Assembly: GCA_903813345.2 (NCBI GenBank)
Contig: CAIIXF020000001.1
Coordinates: 22,134,001 to 22,198,000 of the forward strand
Source of the DNA: Owenia fusiformis
Lineage: Eukaryota
Length of the DNA stretch: 64,000 nt
Direction of reading: 5' to 3'
The notes beneath the pieces are model-generated. The model was not told where the DNA came from and searched no databases. It saw only the letters and a program-made list of their open reading frames with translations. The position numbers were made by a program, and so were the translations under genes. Shown one piece after another: positions 55,401-64,000 of the stretch (position 1 is the first letter of the stretch; the number at the start of each line of letters is the position of its first letter).

Positions 55401-58400
55401 GCATTAAAGAATGAAGAACAATGACTTAGCTAAGTGGAACATGTATGATATTACAGACTCATTGTAGTTTTGTTTTATGTGTTTCTAATATCAAACTTGT
55501 TACAAATATTATGGTGTATAATAACATGGGCTTTCAATAAGGGTTCGTGAAGAATCAAAAGTTATTGTAAGTGGTATGATACTTCAAGCACACTATAGTT
55601 TTATTTTGTGTTTGTAATGTCATACTATATTTCTTCATGAATGTATGGTATTCTGAAACATAAATATATAGCGAGGAATAAAAAATTATTGCGTTGGCTA
55701 ATACACGCCCAGTGAGTTGTTATATTTACAATACACTAATTTATTTTGTGTTAGTACAGTAATATTTGTTTTGTTTTTATATGTTATTGTTAAACATAAA
55801 CATCTTACTGTATTTTCAAATTCATACATAATGTTTCTCACTGTAGAATAAGTTTTGGTGAGTACATTAGATTGAACAGCCTATTATATTGCAGTACAAT
55901 GCAGTCAAATGATAGAATTAAGAAAGAAAATAATGTATTAAGGCAAATGTAACTTTTTTGTCACAATGACTATAGCAATTCTTAATTTTTGATTTTCAAT
56001 ATGTGTGAATTAATCCCAAAATCCGCTTAAAATCAAGGGTTTTATTAGGCATGTTTTATTGGTTGCTATGACAACGCTTATTAGAACATTTATAAAAAAC
56101 TAAGGGAACAGTTTAACATTGTACCAAATGAATGTATAACACCACACATCATTGATTATGATCATGTACAAGACAAATAAACATCTTACTGTATTTTCAA
56201 ATTCATACATAATGTTTCTCACTTTAGAATAAGTTTTGGTGAGTACATTAGATTGAACAGCCTATTATATTGCAGTACAATGCAGTCAAATGATAGAATT
56301 AAGAAAGAAAATAATGTATTAAGACAAATGTAACTTTTTTGTCACAATGACTATAGCAATTCTTAATTTTTGATTTTCAATATGTGTGAATTAATCCCAA
56401 AATCCGCTTAAAATCGAGGGTTTATTAGGCATGTTTTATTGGTTGCTATGACAACGCTCATTAGAATATTTATAAAAAAATCTAAGGGAACAGTTTAACA
56501 TTGTACCAAATGAATGTATAATACCACGCATCATTGATTAAGACCATTTACAAGACAGTTAAAAATTGTTACAAAAGTGCTCCCAAAAGTTGCATTTTGA
56601 GCAAATCGGCTGGGTGGTAAGGGTAGTATAACGTCAAAAATGAGCCGGGTGGTAAAGGGTTAATGTTTATTTAAGCAAATTGTTCACATTTTACCCATTC
56701 TCTTATCGACCCGTCAAGAAGTCTCAAAGTGTTTCATAAATATTATATGAGATATTTAAAAACCCTATCTTCTTTGTGAAAATTCCAAAGATTCCCATAT
56801 TTTGAAATTAAATTCTTCTTAAGGTGAGATCATTAAGATCCATTCAAGATCACATGACTATTCATTGCAGTTAAGTATTTTCGTTACGTTTCATTTTATC
56901 AATTGCTAATGCACAAATAATTTCTTTGCTATCTGCAATAATTCATGGGTAATATGCAAGGTAATTATTCGTAAAAATTTATTCAAATACTGGTAACTAA
57001 TGTTTAAAATTTACAGATTATAAGCGATAGTTAGCAAATTATAAATTGTTAGTTACAAAACATTTCTAGTCCAAACATGAAATGGGCTCGATTTTAAGAT
57101 TATTTTGCTCATTTGCTAGATCGTTTAAGTGTTTGTAATTTAGGGTTTTTTATTTGAAGATGTTACACATATATCTTTATATAAGGAACCATATTATTGT
57201 AATGACGCTATAATGTACTTGTACAGTGTAAATATTTGCTAACTTAATGCAAGGTAAAATACATGGATTCTGAAAAGAACTGTGAATGCTGTAAACACAA
57301 TGACATACATAAGTGCATATCATACGTCAATAACCTGAATTATGTATTTCCTTAAACTAAACTCCTATTAAACTGTATTAAGTTTTTTTGCAACAGAATA
57401 CTTCACTTTAAAAAAATAAGTTTTTTTATTTTTGCTCCGCTCGTTATATGAACAATGCCTTGGGGGTACAAACATCTCGATCCACCTACTCACACGAGTT
57501 CATAGATCTATAGAAAGTTAGGCTAGCATGTAAGTGAGGTTATAAATTGTCACGAAATGTCATATTCTAATTGTAAAGGAGTACTAGACCTGGCTCAATG
57601 AATACACCTGCAGTGTAATACAATAAGCCTAAGTGTACATTGGGTGTGGCGATTAGCACTTCATCATAAACATTAAATACCATATAAAAAATCACAACAT
57701 TTACATTACGAAAAAAGCTTCTCTGTTAAGTTAACATTGTACGTTAATAGACAGTAAATAAAAATGAAAATATGGAATACTTCAATAAGAACGTTTACTT
57801 TAATATTATTTTGATTAAACAAACAACACTACTCACGCAACAATTGAATTTTCTCACCAACATTATATATTAAAGTAGAAAAACCATGCATATCGGTCTT
57901 ATAATACAAATGAAGCTGAAAAGTATGTGTAAATGGAAATGCAAGGCTCCGTATGTATAATCTATGTTGATGTGGTATTAACACAGTTTGATTGGTTAAC
58001 AGTATGACTGAACAGCACACAGTGGCAAAACTATTGTTTACTTATCAGGAAACACCTAGAATGCAAATATTGACCCGGTTTTCAAATATCTCAAATTAAA
58101 TTATTTTTAAGCGAGGTAACCCATGTCAAAATATTATGTCGTATGAAGGGAATGGATTTTACTACAAGGCGGATGTGTTCAGGATAACTTATCTAGGTCA
58201 AGATGACATTAACCCTCACACTTGTAAGCAAGGTCAATGTATTGAGTACCCTTAGAAAGAGAACAACTTCTACTCTTTCAACAACAGATGATTACAAATT
58301 CTATTATCCGTATCTCAACATTTAGTTAGAAAAATCACTATATTCTGTAATAGATTTAAGTTATTTCATCTTTGAATTCCCAAGGTCAATAGCTGATATT

Positions 58401-61400
58401 CATTTAGAATTGGGAAGATTATATCAGCATGAAAACTGTAAAGTCAGTGTGACTGTGAAGTGTGGCTAGCTGATTAGGATTTAGGGTCATTGTAGATATG
58501 ACTTGAGATCATCAATGCATAAATTGGCATATATTAATATTTAAAAAAAAAAAACCATTATGGTTTGAGATTAGTACTGAGATTTATCAGACATATCATG
58601 CATTTGTATTTCTAACAAAATGATAAGTAGAATGATTCATAAAAGAATCATTGCTTACTGCTTTCTGTATTATTTTACTTTATCGAAAATTAACAAAACA
58701 GGATCTAGTTCAGTGTGTTCTTGTGTTTGAGAGCTATCAGCATTCTACTTAAGCATATTCACAGGACAAAATCTTGATAAATAAAATCTATATGACTACA
58801 GTATTAATTTCAAATAAAGTAAGATTAAATAGTTGACATAAAAAATAGGAAAATTATGTTAAGATAAAATGCAATAATGAGATCATAATTAACTTTTATT
58901 AATTGCTCAAATCTGAATCTTGAAGTTGGGTTATCGCTCGACTTCTCAAAACTTGAAAATTATATATTTGACATTTGAGTGTTGGTAAACAAACTCCATC
59001 TTTGAATCAAATCACTAATACAAGATTATATGACACATCATCAGTTCTAAAAAAATAAATTGATAAGTGTTTGTTCAACTTGCTCGAGTAAAAGGCGTGG
59101 TGGTTTTAAATTTATTTTTGCAATACTTGACCTTGTATGCTATTGAAAGTGTAAATCAACGTGTGAGTAACCTTAAAACCAAACAAATAAAAGGACACAT
59201 CGTAAAACAGTACTGAATGTATCTAAAAGATTGATAATTTCGGGTTTTACCTAATTGTTACAGCATAAAAGTCATGCTGATTTTAATAAAAACAAAATTA
59301 AAAATAGGCGTGTGTCTTTGAAAACACAAAATCGTATCAAACTCATTTTTGAATGTTTTAGATCAGAACTGAATTGATAGGGAACAAAAGATGTTTTTAA
59401 AGGTTGCTGCTCTTAGTTCATCAACAATTTCCATTTTCATTTTTTTTGTCTGCAGAGAAAAATTTGTGATTTTGAATAACAAAATATTGTACTGAAAACA
59501 GCACAGAACAAAGAACGAGGACACACCATAAAAGTAACGATAAATGAAATTTCTGGGCTGAAAGGACTCAGTCTAGAGTTACTGTGAACCAATCATTAGG
59601 TCTTTGACATGGGTTTGCCATATTCATTTGATACAATCATGCAATCATATAGTTAATACTGGATAAGGATTAACATATTCAGGTTAAGAGCAGCTCCAGT
59701 TTTTTAATTAAATTTTCTTTTCAATTAAGGTATTTTATTCAATTAATTTCAGTTAACATACCTTAGACTAGTTTTGGTTGTCATTTTGTTTTTGATGCTA
59801 TGATTAATTCATTAAATACAAATGTATAAGCATTATATATAAGCATAAGGATTAACATATTCAGGTTAAGAGCAGCTACAGTTTTTTTTCTTTTCAATTA
59901 AGGTATTTTATTCAATTAATTTCAGTTAATACTGGATAAGGATTAACATATTCAGGTTAAGAGCAGCTCCAGTTTTTTAATTAAATTTTCTTTTCAATTA
60001 AGGTATTTTATTCAATTAATTTCAGTTAACATACCTTAGACTAGTTTTGGTTGTCATTTTGTTTTTGATGCTATGATTAATTCATTAAATACAAATGTAT
60101 AATTGTCGCCATATATTCAGACCTTATAAATGAATAGATATTCTAAATCAACACCAACTAGCTTAAATAAATGGTCATACAGATATGTACACTGGGCGTG
60201 GTGCAAAATAAAATACATGTTGAGCAGAATCGCAACATTGATGAATGAGGATGCGTCATTCTTTATTTATCATTTGCATAATAAAAACCCAAAGCTAACC
60301 TTCAATGTCAATGTATGAAAGGACCTAGTTAGCACTCAGTAAATTGAGTACCTGATAAATGCTTTTTTATTGTAAAAAACTAAACTAAACTAAATAAATA
60401 TTAAACAAAATAAAAATGAATTTGTTAAGAGTAATATGATACACATTTATAATATAAAGGTACCACACATATTGCTTTTAGTAATGCTATGAAGAAATGT
60501 ATATATGTACATTAAAATGTTACACTAGGTACATCTGACCTCCCTTTCAAGTCCTAGTCTTGCTATTTATATATTTCTTGATCAAGACTTAGCTAAAGAA
60601 TGGCTTGATCTAACAACACAAAGTTCCGAGAATTCTAGGTTTTCCTCATCATGATAATCCATGACATCTCATTTCTTCTCAGCCCTGAGATGCCATGATA
60701 TAATGAGCTTGATTTGGCGATCTAGGAGAGCCCAAAATTGAGGATTTTTGAGATCTTTCATCCCAGCTCATATTTCATTTAATTGGGGTCATTAAACGTG
60801 TGTACCTGTGCTTGTGCTAATATATGCTGTTAAATACAATGCCTATTATGTTATGTATTGACATTAAGGTAGATGATTACATGATAACAGTCACACTTAT
60901 AACTCTTCCCATCTGATGTGCTCAGATCACAGAATATGCCTCATAATATCAGAGCATGTTTCAGGTGAAACAGAAAGATGCTATGAGTATCAGAATGGGT
61001 TTTCCTAAAAGGTATTTTTTAAACACCAGTGATATTGAAGCCAATTGGTAGAATAGTCCACAGTACAATGTAAATTTCATTTAGCATTTAGTGTTTCAGA
61101 GTACTTACTCTTATTTCCTTTTCTACAAATGCTTCATGTAGGTATTTCCTGTCAATGACGTAATGTGGGGGCTGGAGTACTAATGACTTGAGGGGTCTAC
61201 GGTCAAGCATCTCTCGAGATCCTCTATCCTTTCCTGATGCACCTTTCTTCTTGGAGGCCCCACCAAATCCTCCCTGCAAAGTTGTAAATTAATATGAGGC
61301 TCGCTACCAATCACATCATTTTATTTTTTCTGGTACCGAATATTTAGAGGTATAAAAAACAGTCATTTCAAAGAATTTCCTAATTATAAGGGAAAAGTTA

Positions 61401-63050
61401 AAGGATTGAATAGAATGACTCTAAAAATTGTTAGTGTGACTTTTTTATCATGAATGGAGGGTGTGCACTTTTGAAATGCCATTGACGTCTTGTTTTTAAT
61501 GCGATTTTAGGAGATTTACATTCATAACCATAAAAGAACACATTTTCTTTTAATTAATGTAGTGGCATATTGAATTCTGGAGATAATTTTTTTATCAAAA
61601 CATCTTTTATTTGCAGTACAATATTTTTGATGGGTTTTTTCACTGCCATACTTTTGTTTTTTGCACATGTGCATGAATTAATTTTTATCTCACACCTGTC
61701 AGTTATGAACACTTTGAAACAGGCTTTATAAGGGTACGAAACATTAAATATAGAGAAAAAGGTGCCCTACACCCCCAATCCGCAACATCATCTCGCAGCG
61801 CTGTAAACAGTACTGAACAGTGCAGTTTGAAGACTGCGCTGTACAGTGCTATTCTAGCATCACCTGTTTTGAACAGCGCAATACAGTACTGTTTTTACAG
61901 CGCTGTAAAGTACTGTTTTTGAAAACAGCGATGTGCAGTTCAGTTTTTACAGCGCTGTCCAGCACTGTTTCATTGATGCTGTTTGAGATTGGAACAGAGA
62001 AAAGGGTACTGTACTGAATATAAATATATAATTTCAAGGGAGAAAGGAAAGGTCCTAGTTTGTGAGACAATCTTTTTAACCTTTTTTACCTTTTTAATAT
62101 TTTTATATAATTTTTTCAGGTTTCTACTTTATTCACAATAAAAAAGGACACACTATTATGAATACCTATGTCTAGAAATCACTATCCCTGAAAAGATTAC
62201 AGTATACATGTAACAATTAATATCATTGGGTTTTCATTGTTTTTAATTCAAGATAATTTTCCTGTAATCAATAGCAGTGATTTAAAGACAGAGAAAGAAT
62301 TGTTGGGTCTGCATTCATTTTAAAATAAAATATAGTATACCTTGAACCTGAATCAATTAAATATGTACCTAAATATGTACCTAAATATGTACCTAATATG
62401 TACAATTACTATCGTTATCTGCAACATTAAGTGCAACGCAATAAAAACAAATTATATTTCAAATAACTGAATTATGTATCTGAAACACTGTATTGTGAAA
62501 TACGTCATGAAAAGTCACAAAGATAATGTTTGTTTGCCGAGTCCATGTTCACACTGAAGTATAACTATTAATGTAAGCCGAATTGTAAATAGTAAAAAAA
62601 AGTGAGATATCCCTAAATGTTTGTCCAAAATCGAATACAAAATCTTTAAAATAAAAAGCAAACATCAAACAATGTCAAACTTGAATTTAAATGATTCTTT
62701 GGCATACAAGAATATCTTAGAATTTGTCTAAGAAAAAAGATTTTGATCTTGAGGATCCCGATTAATAATTACAATTTTCATAAATAACAATGATGTAGTT
62801 ATGAATTTATTATTTAGTGACTAGGAAGTTAACTTTTCAAATAATCATAGAATTGGTATGAATTAAAATCCTTTAAGTTGGAAAATTTGTTTCAATACCA
62901 AAGTAAACATGTTAACTCAATATGTCTGTTATGACAGGGAGTAAAAAACTTGAGTATTATAATGACGTCAATAAGGTTTATTCAGTTTTGAAAACTTTCA
63001 TTCAGCTAGCTAGTAAAAAATTGTGATAAATGACTTACCAACAATGCCAT
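43419..63050 (-). CDS. CCM2: Cerebral cavernous malformations 2 (malcavernin): PTB plus harmonin-homology domain, ~416 aa
   Basis: Exons 63050-63039 (tentative start, MALL), 61273-61109, 49996-49913, 49120-49028, 48489-48390, 46886-46677, 46343-46307, 46050-45906, 45673-45526, 45294-45183, 43563-43419; phases are consistent. Motifs: RRPLKSLVL, VEKEIR/FAG, NRTDILRIIDKAK, HDAIF, LRLPITEISSMCYIRDD, AEEICAL, FGESRKKLLA, EPFVP, DEFDRTLHDIS..IE.L. Confidence 0.9.
47544..47779. mobile_element. MITE, possibly PIF/Harbinger-like
   Basis: Imperfect TIR TAAGGGATGATGTCCAATTATCA vs TGATAATTTGAAACCATCCCCTA. Confidence 0.5.
49067..49810. repeat. 72-82-bp tandem repeat x10 derived from a CCM2 acceptor and exon 5' half
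   Basis: Units start at 49067, 49141, 49213, 49287, 49359, 49435, 49507, 49583, 49657 and 49739. Copy 1 is the coding exon start (SEGRLPWTTSYQHDAIFT). Confidence 0.92.
54670..55233 (+). mobile_element. Non-autonomous hairpin element (Crypton-like) nested in the piggyBac
   Basis: Terminal 136-bp palindrome 54670-54805, then IR pair TTATTCCATGAT (54810) / ATCATGGAATAA (55222). Confidence 0.55.
55798..56556. repeat. ~381-bp direct tandem duplication near the piggyBac right end
   Basis: AAACATCTTACTGTATTTTCAAATTCATACAT... at 55798 and 56179, nearly identical. Confidence 0.9.
59651..60101. repeat. Local tandem duplication/triplication in a CCM2 intron
   Basis: TAAGGATTAACATATTCAGGTTAAGAGCAGCT occurs at ~59664, ~59846 and ~59937; a ~180-bp block is duplicated. 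Confidence 0.85.
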
Positions 63051-64000
63051 TCCTGGACGCGTGGTCACATTTCCACGTCATATTACATTTAAGTGGTAAA
63101 CTCAAGTGCTGATAGTGTTCCTGAAATTACAAGTCACAAAAAATAAATTTCTGGAATATAACATTTCATTCAAAAGAATTTCAATGCAAAATGTATATGG
63201 GAAACAGAAAATGAATCCACATCAATAGTATCAAAGGATATCAATAGTAGTAAAGGCCCATATGCTCAAAATTTGACCCAACCTCAACCAAGACCCTAGC
63301 CAAATAAATAAGAGTGTTGGAGTATAAAATATATACCTAAATATTATGTAACAGACCCTGGGAGTTCTTCATTGATACATTGTTGACTAAGTCAACAATA
63401 ATAGAATGTATCGATTATAGAACTATAATCCGAATTAATACTGTTTGAGTAATTTAAAAGTATGAGTGGATTCAAATTTAGGACAATACTTTAAACAGGC
63501 TACATCTGCTTCCTGATACCTGTTATAGTATAGTGTAAAACTAAGTCTACAAGAGCTGGAGTTCAGTCAATTTATGAAGTAACAAGATTCTATTCCGGAT
63601 TCTGGACAGGTGTCAAAATCCTCGAGAAAAAAATGTATAAAAGTTTTATTACGATTATCCTAAACTTGTGATTCTTCTATCCTCTACACGAATATAAAAA
63701 AGTGCTAAAAGTAATAATTATTGAATTTTATATTTACAATAGACCAGTTCAAGAATATTAGTATGATTCATTGGATAATTTGACTAATTATTTATCTATT
63801 TTGAATATGATTATTGTATTTTGAACTAACTTGAACACTCATGGCTTGGATTATAACCAAAATATCAATTGATTATTTTCATATTTAGCCTTAGGTTTTG
63901 TCCCAGGTTTTGTCACCTTGTAGTGGTTAGCCAATGTGGTTACTCTGACTTTAGTAATGAAGGATGGAAGCTGGATCATTGATGGCAATACGTACTTACA

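Larger units (their letters stand above)
50051..56659 (+). mobile_element. Degenerate piggyBac element with intron-split transposase remnant, inside a CCM2 intron
   Basis: TTAA|CCCATTACCACCC ... GGGTGGTAAAGGG|TTAA with duplicated subterminal motifs. Transposase pieces: AFIGILFAM...MSKNLF...IHF...DKFYK (51121-51324), KPELVQLYTKFMRGVDVANQ and WYRQVFFHL...VNAHI (52009-52196), Cys-rich CTVH...CRVCKVRMCQDP*FFR/YH (52839-53091, 53468 onward). Confidence 0.9.

Overview
AT-rich, intron-rich invertebrate animal genomic DNA (lophotrochozoan-like; species cannot be determined from sequence alone). Manual exon assembly supports five protein genes. (1) A cGAS-like receptor (Mab-21/cGLR nucleotidyltransferase) at ~9.5-11.0 kb, broken by two 1-nt frameshifts. 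(2) TTC39C, minus strand, 15 coding exons. (3) A GT77/Nucleotid_trans-type glycosyltransferase with an uninterrupted CDS, nested antisense in a TTC39C intron. (4) ITGB1BP1/ICAP-1, plus strand, 4 exons, head-to-head with TTC39C. (5) CCM2/malcavernin, minus strand, 10-11 exons, convergent with ICAP-1. The rest is dense in transposon relics: a nested mariner > foldback > MULE-MITE stack, an intron-containing piggyBac in a CCM2 intron, a truncated LINE, Helentron-like and Crypton-like elements, and many TA-flanked MITEs. The most unusual signals are two minisatellites built from amplified exon/intron junctions (10 copies of a CCM2 splice acceptor, ~32 copies of a TTC39C splice donor), the adjacency of the two KRIT1-binding PTB genes ICAP-1 and CCM2, and the frameshifted cGLR followed by a long hairpin. 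All family assignments are from motif recognition by eye; no database searches were run.
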